Shown here: piece after piece, positions 1 to 9,539 of the stretch
How the letters are laid out: the number at the start of each line of letters is the position of its first letter
How positions within the stretch are numbered: position 1 is the stretch's first letter
Sequence record: SRR31156797_39060
Length of the DNA stretch: 34,765 bases
Reading direction: 5' to 3' (one strand)
The notes under the pieces: model-generated
Seen by the model: only the letters and a program-made list of their open reading frames with translations
Databases searched by the model: none
Told to the model about the DNA's origin: nothing
Position numbers and translations under genes: made by a program

Positions 1-1
1 T

Positions 2-28
2 CACGACCATCACGACCATCACGACCAT
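2..28 (+). repeat. 9-bp tandem repeat (CACGACCAT)x3 encoding HDH units of the His-rich loop
   Basis: Read directly; may extend beyond the window edge. Confidence 0.9.
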
Positions 29-469
29 CATTCTCATGGTCATGAACATCACCATGATCACAACCTCAAAGCGGCTTACATGCATGTGTTGGCGGATGCG
101 TTAACGTCTTTGTTGGCAATCGGTGCGTTGTTTATCGGTAAGTATCTGGGATGGGTATGGATGGATCCGATTATGGGGATTGTCGGTGCGCTAGTGATCA
201 CCAAATGGGCGATTGGCCTAATGAAGCAAACAGCTCCGACTTTGCTGGATGCAAACATCAGTCAAGAGTATGAGCAGAAAGTATTGGCTAAATTAAATAG
301 TGCTGGAGCGCAGGTCACAGACATTCACGTGTGGAAAGTCAGTGCTAACCATTACTCAGCAATGATTCGTATCTCGAGTGAACCTGACAAAGATGCGCTC
401 TACTTTAGACAGGTATTGAAAGAGTTTGATAAACTGCACCACCTCAATATCGAAGTGAATCCGCACTAA
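2..469 (+). CDS. dmeF: CDF family Co/Ni/Zn efflux transporter (DmeF-like), 5'-truncated by window edge
   Basis: Frame open from base 2: HDHHDHHDHHSHGHEHHHDHNLKAAYMHVLADALTS. His-rich loop followed by the CDF TM5 HxxxD motif, then WMDP and DIHVW. Confidence 0.85.
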   Translation, partial: HDHHDHHDHHSHGHEHHHDHNLKAAYMHVLADALTSLLAIGALFIGKYLGWVWMDPIMGIVGALVITKWAIGLMKQTAPTLLDANISQEYEQKVLAKLNSAGAQVTDIHVWKVSANHYSAMIRISSEPDKDALYFRQVLKEFDKLHHLNIEVNPH

Positions 470-479
470 AGGCAACTGT

Positions 480-896
480 ATGCACCAACTAACAGAACTG
501 AATAATCTGCTTACCGAGTTTTACGACAAGATGTCTTCTTGGGAGATGTCAGTGGTAAAAGAAACCGGATACTCGTTAGCGCAGATTCACACTCTAGAAG
601 TGTTGGGTTCTCATGGTGCGATGCGAATGAAAGAGTTGGCGAATCGCTTGGGGATTACAACGGGTACGTTAACGGTACAAGTTGAGAAGTTAGTAAAAGC
701 GGGTTTAATAGAACGTCAATCCATCGAAGGTGATCGACGTTCTGTACAAGTGGCGTTAACTGAAAAGGGCAATGAGGTGTTTCAAGAACACAACGCCCTT
801 CATCTGACTCTGACGGATGAGCTGACACGTCCACTGACTTCAGCTCAGCAACAAGAGCTGACCAATATACTTATCCAAATGAATAAACAGTTCTAA
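480..896 (+). CDS. MarR family transcriptional regulator
   Basis: Winged HTH with DRRSVQVALTEKG MarR motif; starts 10 bp after the CDF gene, so probably co-transcribed. Confidence 0.9.
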   Translation: MHQLTELNNLLTEFYDKMSSWEMSVVKETGYSLAQIHTLEVLGSHGAMRMKELANRLGITTGTLTVQVEKLVKAGLIERQSIEGDRRSVQVALTEKGNEVFQEHNALHLTLTDELTRPLTSAQQQELTNILIQMNKQF

Positions 897-905
897 GTCT
901 AGTTA

Positions 906-1490
906 TTAAAGGGTTGGAACCGCAGATAACAATAGTAAACCACCCATTGAGCCGTTAAACCAGCGAACGTATTTCGGGTTGTTCATTACGCTACTCAACT
1001 GTTTTCCTGCCGCTGTCCAAATACTAACAGAGGGTACATTGACCATTGCAAAAGTGATGGCAATGATGCTTAGCCCGAACCAACTTGCACTGGCGTTATA
1101 GACGCTGACCGCCGTCAATGCCATTGACCAACCTTTTGGGTTAACCCATTGGAACATTGCCGCAGATATAAAAGACATCGGGCGATACGATTCGTCTTTA
1201 TCGCTGGGCTTACTCAAAGCTATTTTTATCGCTAGATAAATTAAGTAACTGAGGCACAACCAGTGCAAAACGTCTTGCACGATAGGGTAAGTTTGAAACA
1301 CGCCGGTTAAACCAATCCCTACCGCCAGTATCATCACACTGAAACCAATAGTAACGCCTAACATATGTGGCACGGTTTTGATAAAGCCTACGTTGGCGCC
1401 AGATGTCATCAGCATGATGTTGTTAGGGCCAGGCGAAAACGTTGAAACAAACGCAAATGCGATTAACGGCCACCATTGATACATTTCCAT
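906..1490 (-). CDS. LysE/RhtB family amino acid exporter
   Basis: SPGPNN and FQWVNPKGW motifs; ATG at 1490 follows an AAGGA RBS. Confidence 0.9.
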   Translation of the reverse strand: MEMYQWWPLIAFAFVSTFSPGPNNIMLMTSGANVGFIKTVPHMLGVTIGFSVMILAVGIGLTGVFQTYPIVQDVLHWLCLSYLIYLAIKIALSKPSDKDESYRPMSFISAAMFQWVNPKGWSMALTAVSVYNASASWFGLSIIAITFAMVNVPSVSIWTAAGKQLSSVMNNPKYVRWFNGSMGGLLLLSAVPTL

Positions 1491-1600
1491 AAACTTATCC
1501 TTCGTCACTATTTGTTGATACGGAAATACTAAATGGATAGAAGCGCAATTTTGTGCTTATATTTGTGCTTGTAGAATTATTTGATCAATAAAAGTGCATC

Positions 1601-2044
1601 ATGGATAGATTTGACGAAAGAATATTGCACGAGCTGCAAAAAGACGGCCGTATATCTAATGTGGAGTTGTCAGAGCGGGTTGGGCTTTCGCCTTCTGCGA
1701 CATTGCGACGAGTTCAGGAGCTGGAGCGGACAAAGGTGATAAAAGGTTACCGAGCGGTTCTGGATAAAGCACAGCTTGAAGTGGGTTTTATTGCTTATGT
1801 TTCAATTGGGCTAGGTAGTCATACCAAAGAGTCACAATTAAGCTTTGAAGAGCATGTCAGATTCGCGAAAGAAGTGGTTGAATGCCATAACATTACGGGT
1901 ATGAACGAGTATCTGCTGAGAGTGGAAACCAAAGACTTGCCAGCTTACAAGCGATTCCATTCCGATGTACTGGGTGAGTGTCTGCAGGTGCAGTCAATCT
2001 CGACCATGGTAGTGATGGATTCACCAAAAGATGAAAGGCAGTAG
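1601..2044 (+). CDS. Lrp/AsnC family transcriptional regulator
   Basis: MDRFDERIL..LQKDGRISNVELSERVGLS HTH and ECHNITG motif; divergent from the LysE gene. Confidence 0.92.
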   Translation: MDRFDERILHELQKDGRISNVELSERVGLSPSATLRRVQELERTKVIKGYRAVLDKAQLEVGFIAYVSIGLGSHTKESQLSFEEHVRFAKEVVECHNITGMNEYLLRVETKDLPAYKRFHSDVLGECLQVQSISTMVVMDSPKDERQ

Positions 2045-2052
2045 CAGATAAC

Positions 2053-2080
2053 AAAAAGGCGATAGTGTTCGCTATCGCCT
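2053..2080 (-). terminator. Intrinsic terminator between convergent Lrp and MCP genes
   Basis: AGGCGATAG-tgttcg-CTATCGCCT with an A-run on the left (U-tail on minus strand). Confidence 0.75.
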
Positions 2081-2107
2081 AATGAAAATATGCTTTAACA
2101 CCTAGTG

Positions 2108-3751
2108 TTAAATTTTGAAGTGGCTCAACTGTTGTTTCTGCTGCTCTGCCAGAGTTGAAAGCTCATGACTTGCCGCCGCCGATTGAGTAATACCCGCCAC
2201 GTTCTGGCTAACCAGTTCGTAGATTGTCGAAAGGTTGCGGTTAATATCCGCAGTGACGTGGTTTTGCTCTTCAGAAGCAGAAGCCACTTGGGTATTAATG
2301 TTGCTTAGCTCAGAAATTGCACCACTGATTTCTTTCAAGTAATTGCTGACTTGTTCAGCCAATAGTTGGTTCTCTTCAATCATTTTCAAGCTGGTACTCA
2401 TACTGTCATTCGCTGTGCCTGACTTATCTTGTAGCTCTTCGATGATTTTTTGAATCTCTTTCGTCGATTCTTGCGTTCGAGCAGCAAGCATACGAACTTC
2501 GTCAGCAACCACGGCGAAACCACGGCCACTTTCGCCTGCTCGCGCTGCTTCGATAGCGGCATTAAGTGCAAGTAGGTTCGTTTGCTCAGAAATACCTTCG
2601 ATAACCTCAATAACCTGTCCAATTTGTTCAGACTGTTGCTTAAGGCTGCTTACCACCTCAGCCGCATCATTTAACTGATGTGCCATTGCAATGTTTGCGC
2701 GGTTGTTTTGTTCGAAAATGCCTAAGCTCTGTTGAGCCTGTTGGTTTGCCTGCTGAGCAGCGCTTTGCGCTTGCGCTGCGTTTCCAGTAACACTGGTTGC
2801 TGCGCCTTCAAGTTGGTTAACCGCAGAAGCTACTTGTTCGACTTCTTGCTTTTCCTGATCCGAGTTAACGCTTGATTGTGTCATAACCGCTGCCAGCTCT
2901 GTTGCCGCAGAAGCCACTTCAACACTGATACGAACCAGAGAACCGACAGTTTCACGTAGTTGCTTAGTGGTTGCGTTGACATCTCGAGTGAGGGCTGAAA
3001 CTTCGTTGTTACCTTCCACTTTGGCTTCTACCAGTAGGTTGCCCTGAGCAATTTCTTTCATCGTCAGTTGAAGGTTGCGAATCGGTTTAACAATAATTCC
3101 AGCCAGTACCCAACTGAAAATGGCCGCCAAAATAAGCACTGCAACAAGCCCGAGAATGGAGTTTTGTACTACTGCGTCATGGTGATTCGCAGTTTTGTCA
3201 ATGTATTCAACAGAGAGAGTGTTGACCTTGCTTGATAAAGCGTCAATAGATTTTACCATTGACGCGCCAATATCACGGTACTGGTCTGATGCACGTTGGT
3301 ATTCATTATCAAAGTTGGAACCTAAATTATTCCCACTGTGTTTACGGTTTAACAACGGGATCATGGTGTTCAATGAGTAATTTACGTAGTTGTTTACTGC
3401 CTCTTTTAACGCAGTAACTTCAGGTTGTAAGCCTGGCACTTGGTTAAGACCTTCCAAGCTTTTCAGGATATCGGATTGGCGTTCTTTTAGTACCGACGTA
3501 AGTCGAGCAACTTCATCTGCAGTAAACAAACTATAAATGGCACTAATACGCATAGCGTAGGTGTTGTTAACAATTTTATTGATGTCATCTTTGCTTTGAA
3601 TTACGTTTGTTGAGACAAAGCTGACATCTTTAAAAGCTGATTTTAAGCTCGACGTACTGTATGTGATGCCAGCAATGAGTAGTAGCATCGTTATGAGTAC
3701 AGGAACGACAACCTGTAGCTTGATAGATAACCTAGAGATGAGATTACGCAT
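2108..3751 (-). CDS. Methyl-accepting chemotaxis protein
   Basis: Two TM segments, HAMP domain, and signalling motif [31 protein letters not shown]. Confidence 0.97.
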   Translation of the reverse strand: MRNLISRLSIKLQVVVPVLITMLLLIAGITYSTSSLKSAFKDVSFVSTNVIQSKDDINKIVNNTYAMRISAIYSLFTADEVARLTSVLKERQSDILKSLEGLNQVPGLQPEVTALKEAVNNYVNYSLNTMIPLLNRKHSGNNLGSNFDNEYQRASDQYRDIGASMVKSIDALSSKVNTLSVEYIDKTANHHDAVVQNSILGLVAVLILAAIFSWVLAGIIVKPIRNLQLTMKEIAQGNLLVEAKVEGNNEVSALTRDVNATTKQLRETVGSLVRISVEVASAATELAAVMTQSSVNSDQEKQEVEQVASAVNQLEGAATSVTGNAAQAQSAAQQANQQAQQSLGIFEQNNRANIAMAHQLNDAAEVVSSLKQQSEQIGQVIEVIEGISEQTNLLALNAAIEAARAGESGRGFAVVADEVRMLAARTQESTKEIQKIIEELQDKSGTANDSMSTSLKMIEENQLLAEQVSNYLKEISGAISELSNINTQVASASEEQNHVTADINRNLSTIYELVSQNVAGITQSAAASHELSTLAEQQKQQLSHFKI

Positions 3752-3996
3752 GAATCATACCTGTAAATAAGAGTTGTTATTATTTAATAAAATTATTAGT
3801 CCAACGATACTATCTTCTTATGCTAATAATTCAATTCTTTCTAGTCATAAAATATACAGTTTTTGAGTGTTTTTTTGATGATTGTTCTTTTTGTATTCGG
3901 TTTCATTGAGTTTTTATTCTGTTGGTAACGTTCCATAAGGATGACTTGTCTAATTGGTCAACTTTTGGAGCTTGCTTGTGACTGAAATATTTCAAT

Positions 3997-4052
3997 TTGT
4001 CATCCAGCATTCAAAGAACTGAAACACAACTGTCACATTCGCAGCCTAAAGT
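3997..4052 (+). promoter_or_regulatory. PhoB boxes and -10 element of the pst promoter
   Basis: Heptamers at 11-bp period: TTGTCAT (3997), CATTCAA (4008), CTGAAAC (4019), CTGTCAC (4030). TAAAGT -10 lies exactly 10 bp downstream, the canonical pho-box geometry. Confidence 0.8.
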
Positions 4053-4109
4053 GAATCTCGTTCCATTAAATCAACGGCAAATCAAATAGCCACTTAAGGA
4101 AAGAATGTG

Positions 4110-4931
4110 ATGAAAAAGACAGTAATCGGTGCAATCGCACTTCTAGGCGCACTAGCAATTAACCCAGTTTCAGCAAAAGAAACTATCTCTGCAGTGGGTT
4201 CTAGCAGCGTAACACCACTGATGGAAGTTTTCTCAGAAACATACATGAAAACAAACTCGGACGTTTTCATTGAAGTACAAGGCCCAGGTTCTTCAGCAGG
4301 TGTTAAAGCTGCGAAAAATGGCAGTGCAGATATCGGTATGGCTTCTCGTAACCTGAAAGAGGCAGAGAAAGAGCCGAACCTAGTTGAAGAAGTTATCGCT
4401 CGTGACGGTATCGCTGTTGTTGTACACCCAAGCAACAAAGTGAAAGGCCTTTCTGCTGAACAAATCTCTGCAATTTATAAAGGTGAAATCACTAACTGGA
4501 AAGACGTTGGTGGTGCAGATAAACCAATCGTAGCCATTACTCGTGATACTGCTTCTGGTACCCGTGGTGCTTTCGAAGACATTATGTCTCTGAAGAAAAA
4601 GATTTCTGGTAAGAAAGTATCTGCAATCTCTCAACGCGCGCAAGTTGCTAACGGTAATGGTGGTCTGAAAACAATGGTTGCCTCAAACCCTTACTCAATT
4701 GGCTACATCTCACTAGGTACCGTTGACGGTTCAGTTCACGCTCTAGACGTTGATGGTACTCCAGCGACTGTAGACAACGTAAAAGCAGGTTCTTACAAAG
4801 TGGCTCGTCCTTTCTTAGTACTTTACAAGAAAGGTAAACCATCTGCAGAAGCTCAAAAGTTCCTAGACTGGATGCTAACTGACGAAGCACAAAAAATCGT
4901 TGCTTCTCACCACTACATCTCAGTTAACTAA
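4110..4931 (+). CDS. pstS: Phosphate ABC transporter substrate-binding protein
   Basis: Signal peptide; GSSSV, GSSAG, DIGMASR and RDTASGTRGAF motifs; first gene of pst operon. Confidence 0.95.
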   Translation: MKKTVIGAIALLGALAINPVSAKETISAVGSSSVTPLMEVFSETYMKTNSDVFIEVQGPGSSAGVKAAKNGSADIGMASRNLKEAEKEPNLVEEVIARDGIAVVVHPSNKVKGLSAEQISAIYKGEITNWKDVGGADKPIVAITRDTASGTRGAFEDIMSLKKKISGKKVSAISQRAQVANGNGGLKTMVASNPYSIGYISLGTVDGSVHALDVDGTPATVDNVKAGSYKVARPFLVLYKKGKPSAEAQKFLDWMLTDEAQKIVASHHYISVN

Positions 4932-4950
4932 GATTTAAAGTATTAAATTT

Positions 4951-4980
4951 GCTCAGCCCGTGATTTGGGCTGAGCGTTTT
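4951..4980 (+). terminator. Intercistronic stem-loop after pstS (stabiliser or partial terminator)
   Basis: GCTCAGCCC-gtgattt-GGGCTGAGC followed by GTTTT. Confidence 0.7.
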
Positions 4981-5023
4981 GCTTTCATTCCGACTGATTC
5001 GGTAATTGAAATTGAGAACATCT

Positions 5024-5950
5024 ATGACCATCGCAAATAGTGACAAGCTTATGGATATTGAAAAAGCGCCCACAAACCGTAAGTTGCGCGCTCAAAAGCG
5101 TGTTGATTGGAAAGAACGTTTCTTTCACGGTTTGTTTTTGACCAGTGCTGTTATCGGCATAGTTTCACTAGCTATTATTGCTTACTTCATTGTTAAAGAG
5201 AGTATTCCCGCTTTCCAGGAAGTCGGAGTCTCTGGCATCGTTCTAGGGCAAGATTGGTTGCCGCCTGCGTTGTATGGCGTGGCAACGATGATTGTTGCGT
5301 CAGTCGTTTCGACGTTTGGTGCTGTGATTGTCGGCGTGCCTATCGGTGTGCTAACGGCTATCTTCATTGCTGAAATTGCACCAAAACGCGTTGCCGATAT
5401 TATCCGTCCTGCGGTTGAACTGCTGGCAGGTATCCCTTCGGTGGTTTATGGCTTCTTTGGCCTAGTTATCATCGTACCGCTGATTCAGAACATCTTCCAA
5501 GTGCCCGCTGGTAACACCATTCTCGCTGGTATCATAGTGCTTGGGGTTATGATTCTTCCAACGGTAATCACCGTATCTGAAACTTCGATTCGTGCGGTTC
5601 CTCATTCTTATAAAGAAGGTTCTTTGGCACTTGGTGCTTCGAATATTTTCACCATCTTTAAATTGTTAGTGCCAGCAGCACGCTCTGGGATTATGACTGG
5701 GGTTATTCTTGGTATTGGCCGTGCTCTGGGTGAAACCATGGCAATTATCATGGTCATGGGTAACGCGCCTGCTATGCCGGAAGGTATTTTGGATTCCGCT
5801 CGTACTCTAACGGCAAACATTGCGATCGAGATGTCTTACGCAAGTGGCGTTCATGCTAATGCACTTTACGCGACTGGGGTTGTGTTACTGGTGTTTATCA
5901 TGATGCTTAATGCTGCTCTTCTATATCTAAACCGTGAGAAAGCGAGGTAA
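5024..5950 (+). CDS. pstC: Phosphate ABC transporter permease PstC
   Basis: ELLAGIPSVVYG and GRALGETMA motifs. Confidence 0.95.
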   Translation: MTIANSDKLMDIEKAPTNRKLRAQKRVDWKERFFHGLFLTSAVIGIVSLAIIAYFIVKESIPAFQEVGVSGIVLGQDWLPPALYGVATMIVASVVSTFGAVIVGVPIGVLTAIFIAEIAPKRVADIIRPAVELLAGIPSVVYGFFGLVIIVPLIQNIFQVPAGNTILAGIIVLGVMILPTVITVSETSIRAVPHSYKEGSLALGASNIFTIFKLLVPAARSGIMTGVILGIGRALGETMAIIMVMGNAPAMPEGILDSARTLTANIAIEMSYASGVHANALYATGVVLLVFIMMLNAALLYLNREKAR

Positions 5951-6819
5951 TGACTATGGATCGCGCAAAATTAAAAAAGACTCGTGAGCTCAAAGATAAT
6001 ATCTTACGTGGTTTCATCTGGCTTGCTGCGGCATTAACCGTTGGCTTTCTGTTCTGGATTATCTGGTACATTCTTTCAAATGGCTTAAAGCATGTGGATT
6101 GGGCGTTTGTCACCGATAACTATACCCGTACTGGTGACGAACACGGTATTTTCCCGATGATCGTATCGACCATTTATATGGTTGTTGCATCCATTGCCGT
6201 GGCAGCTCCATTGGGGATTATGACCGCCATTTATTTAACCGAATACGCGAAAATCGGAAGTAAACTGGTCAAAGTGATTCGCTTCTGTACCGAGTCGTTA
6301 GCCGGTATTCCTTCGATTATCTTTGGCCTGTTTGGTATGACATTCTTCGTCGCTATTCTGGGCTTTGGATTCTCAATCTTGTCTGGTGCATTGACTCTGA
6401 GTATTTTGATTCTTCCTGTTATCATTCGTACGACAGAAGAAGCTTTGATGGCAGTACCTCAGACTTATCGTGAAGGCTCATACGGCCTTGGTGCATCAAA
6501 AATCTATACTATCTGGCGTCTGATTCTCCCAAGTGCGATTCCAGGTATTCTAACGTCTGTTATCTTGAGTATTGGCCGTGTTATCGGTGAATCTGCTCCC
6601 GTGTTCTTAACGGCGGGTATGGTTGCTCGTATTCCTGATTCTCTGATGGATTCAGGTCGTACGTTGACGGTTCACCTATACAAATTAACAACGGAACTGT
6701 TCACCATTGAAGAGTGGAACCAAGCGTATGGTACCGCCACGGTACTGATTGTTGTTGTGTTGCTTATCAACATGTTCACCAAGCTAATCGCTAAGCGATT
6801 CAACACTGCAACTTACTAA
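5950..6819 (+). CDS. pstA: Phosphate ABC transporter permease PstA
   Basis: LAGIPSIIFGLFG and RVIGESAP motifs; TAATG overlap with pstC. Confidence 0.95.
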   Translation: MTMDRAKLKKTRELKDNILRGFIWLAAALTVGFLFWIIWYILSNGLKHVDWAFVTDNYTRTGDEHGIFPMIVSTIYMVVASIAVAAPLGIMTAIYLTEYAKIGSKLVKVIRFCTESLAGIPSIIFGLFGMTFFVAILGFGFSILSGALTLSILILPVIIRTTEEALMAVPQTYREGSYGLGASKIYTIWRLILPSAIPGILTSVILSIGRVIGESAPVFLTAGMVARIPDSLMDSGRTLTVHLYKLTTELFTIEEWNQAYGTATVLIVVVLLINMFTKLIAKRFNTATY

Positions 6820-6848
6820 TCCAATACGATTGACAGAATTTAAGAGAT

Positions 6849-7604
6849 ATGAAAATGAACAAGTTTAATATTGAAAATTTAGATTTATTCTACGGTGAAA
6901 ACCAAGCGCTAAAATCGATTAACTTACCGATTCCTACTCGTCAGGTGACGGCACTGATTGGTCCTTCCGGCTGTGGAAAATCAACACTTTTACGTTGCCT
7001 TAACCGCATGAATGACCTGATTGAAGGTGTGACCATTACCGGTAAGTTAGAGATGGATGGTCAGGATATCTATGGCAATGTTGATGTTGCTGATATCCGT
7101 ATCCGTGTCGGTATGGTGTTCCAGAAGCCAAATCCATTCCCTATGAGCATCTATGAGAACGTGGCTTACGGATTACGTGCTCAAGGTGTTAAAGATAAGA
7201 AGCATTTGGATGAAGTGGTTGAACGCTCACTGCGTGGTGCTGCCCTTTGGGATGAAGTGAAAGATCGTTTGAAATCTCACGCATTTGGCCTATCTGGTGG
7301 TCAGCAGCAGCGTCTATGCATTGCGCGTACTATCGCAATGGAGCCGGATGTTATTTTGATGGACGAGCCGACGTCAGCACTTGACCCGATTGCGACCCAC
7401 AAAATTGAAGAACTGATGGAAGAGTTAAAGAAAAACTACACCATCGTGATTGTTACCCACTCAATGCAACAAGCGCGTCGTATCTCAGACCGTACCGCTT
7501 TCTTCTTAATGGGAGAGTTGGTGGAACACGATGATACGCAAGTGATATTCAGTTCACCAAAAGACGATCGTACTCAAGGGTATGTCAATGGTGACTTCGG
7601 TTAA
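6849..7604 (+). CDS. pstB: Phosphate ABC transporter ATP-binding protein
   Basis: [31 protein letters not shown] and DEPTSALDP motifs; no phoU follows. Confidence 0.97.
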   Translation: MKMNKFNIENLDLFYGENQALKSINLPIPTRQVTALIGPSGCGKSTLLRCLNRMNDLIEGVTITGKLEMDGQDIYGNVDVADIRIRVGMVFQKPNPFPMSIYENVAYGLRAQGVKDKKHLDEVVERSLRGAALWDEVKDRLKSHAFGLSGGQQQRLCIARTIAMEPDVILMDEPTSALDPIATHKIEELMEELKKNYTIVIVTHSMQQARRISDRTAFFLMGELVEHDDTQVIFSSPKDDRTQGYVNGDFG

Positions 7605-7685
7605 TACCGCATAGATACAATCAAACAGTTAACTACGTTTACTGGCCAATACGATATAACTATAAAGCGATGGTACTATTGCCCC

Positions 7686-8786
7686 TCATAATGAGGGGCC
7701 TTTTTGTTTGTGCTTCATTGCATACATGTTTTGGTCTGCGATGTGAATTAACTGATTAATATCTTTAGAATCTTTTGGGTAGAAGCTGATACCGATACTG
7801 GTATCTAAAGAGCAGGTCTGATGCTTATTAATTTTGAATGCAGGCTTAAAGCACTCTTTAATCAACTCTTTCATTCCGGAAATATCGTCTTGCGATGGGG
7901 CATTGAGTATGATGGCAAACTCATCCCCTCCCATCCGAAACACCTCAAAATCAAATGTGGGAATGTGGGCTAAACGATGACTGACTTGTTTAAGTACGGA
8001 ATCGCCCGCAATGTGGCCAAATTGGTCATTAATCGCTTTAAAGCCATTTAGATCCAGCAGAAATAAACTGTATGGAACGTATTCTGAACGGTGTGAGATG
8101 GATTGAAACATCGACAGACGGTTACCGACATCGGTTAAAGGATCACTTAATGCAAGAACTCGGTGATACTGGCTCTCTTTGTGCCAAATAAAAATAACCA
8201 GTCCGATAGAAATAAACAGCAGCATAATCAGTATATATTGAATGTTACTGACTCTTTCGGCTTGTTGTTTCTGTTCATGGTAAATTGGGCTTTGAATCTT
8301 AAAGTTGTCATTGATAAAGTAGATTACCGAACGGTACAGCGTGTCCATTTGGGCTACAAACAGCTGCAAAGATGCCTCATCTTGAACATCAAGTAGCATA
8401 GCCTCTATGTCTTTATAATCATTAAAGGCTTGTTCAAAAAACTCTTGTGTTGTGCCAATTTCAAGAAATCCATTGGCTTCACGATTATTCAAAATCACAT
8501 CAAAGCGGCTCCAGGTGAGCTCATACTTGAGTTTTACGTTTTGCAGATCTTGTTCTGAATCCAGAGCGTGAGGCATGATTGCCACTAACTCGGTAAATTC
8601 TTTAGTCAGATAGAACAGAAACCAAGTCGTTTTGTGTTGCTTATAGGTATAGGCGCGGGCGAGCTCTCGGGTCGAATTCAAAGTGTAGAGATTCGCAATC
8701 ATCAGCAATACCGATATGACAAGCAGTACCGACTTGCTTATCTTAATCATTGGATGCAGTTGCTTACTCTTAGATTTTGAAATCAT
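7686..8786 (-). CDS. cdgA: Membrane-bound diguanylate cyclase (CdgA-like) with periplasmic sensor
   Basis: Two TM segments, periplasmic ELTWSRF, DLNGFKAIND and RMGGDEF; no RxxD I-site. Name from recalled synteny with V. cholerae VCA0074. Confidence 0.8.
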   Translation of the reverse strand: MISKSKSKQLHPMIKISKSVLLVISVLLMIANLYTLNSTRELARAYTYKQHKTTWFLFYLTKEFTELVAIMPHALDSEQDLQNVKLKYELTWSRFDVILNNREANGFLEIGTTQEFFEQAFNDYKDIEAMLLDVQDEASLQLFVAQMDTLYRSVIYFINDNFKIQSPIYHEQKQQAERVSNIQYILIMLLFISIGLVIFIWHKESQYHRVLALSDPLTDVGNRLSMFQSISHRSEYVPYSLFLLDLNGFKAINDQFGHIAGDSVLKQVSHRLAHIPTFDFEVFRMGGDEFAIILNAPSQDDISGMKELIKECFKPAFKINKHQTCSLDTSIGISFYPKDSKDINQLIHIADQNMYAMKHKQKGPSL

Positions 8787-9253
8787 TGGTAATTTAACGA
8801 TATCTCTTTAATTTGCCATACCATTTGAGTGTGGTAACCAGGTGAATCGACTTCTTTATATTTTGATAAATTATAGAGGAACCAAAATGGTCCTTTATCT
8901 CTTATCTTCATTGGCTCGTCGTTCATTGAATAAGCAATAATTGGCCGGTACTTTTCAATATCTTGAAAAGGTGCAGAAGCTTTATAGTCATTTAAAGCGG
9001 TAAATGTTACAGATTTCACATTGGTTAGCTTCAGATGAGCGATTAAATCAAACAGGGTAAAACCACTGAAAGTGGCGGTTTCATTTTTGGGTAACCAAGG
9101 CAACACAGTTGTAAACTGAGTGCGAGGAAGTTCGGATTTTAGTTGATTCATCGACATGATGATGGGAGCACGTCCGGGAATATTAACCGTTAACTCAAAC
9201 GCTGAGACTAGCGAGCTAAAGAGCAATAACGGAGAAATAAAAATCCACTTCAT
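8783..9253 (-). CDS. Periplasmic SUOX-fold (molybdopterin-binding-like) protein, PruR-like
   Basis: Signal peptide; TVLPW, F.G, ALNDY, IRDKGP.W and MVWQI motifs; 4-nt overlap with the cyclase. Confidence 0.75.
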   Translation of the reverse strand: MKWIFISPLLLFSSLVSAFELTVNIPGRAPIIMSMNQLKSELPRTQFTTVLPWLPKNETATFSGFTLFDLIAHLKLTNVKSVTFTALNDYKASAPFQDIEKYRPIIAYSMNDEPMKIRDKGPFWFLYNLSKYKEVDSPGYHTQMVWQIKEISLNYQ

Positions 9254-9475
9254 TGAGAAACCACTGGTTAAATTATTAATTGATTGTAGGTTTTTTCTGG
9301 CAAAATTATACGGTGGTTACATGTTAAGCACTATTCTTTTTATTAATAAAATAGTCGATTAAGTGATTAAATAAAACGTTTTGGTGTAAATGATTTCCAT
9401 AGCAGTCGTTTGACGGTATGGGATTCGGATTGAGTTGGGGGAAGGATCGCAGTGATAACCCCTGACGGGTAGAAT

Positions 9476-9506
9476 AAAAAAAGGCTTCACAGTGTCGTGA
9501 AGCCTT
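9476..9506 (-). terminator. Intrinsic terminator of the COG3314 transporter gene
   Basis: GGCTTCAC-agtgtc-GTGAAGCC with an A-run on the left. Confidence 0.85.
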
Positions 9507-9539
9507 CAAACTAATAGCTGAACTAAAGTTTAAGCTAAC

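Noticed and set aside
9254-9480. c-di-GMP riboswitch or small ORFs upstream of the cyclase operon
   Set aside because: No GEMM motif. The ORFs lack an RBS, and one crosses a terminator.
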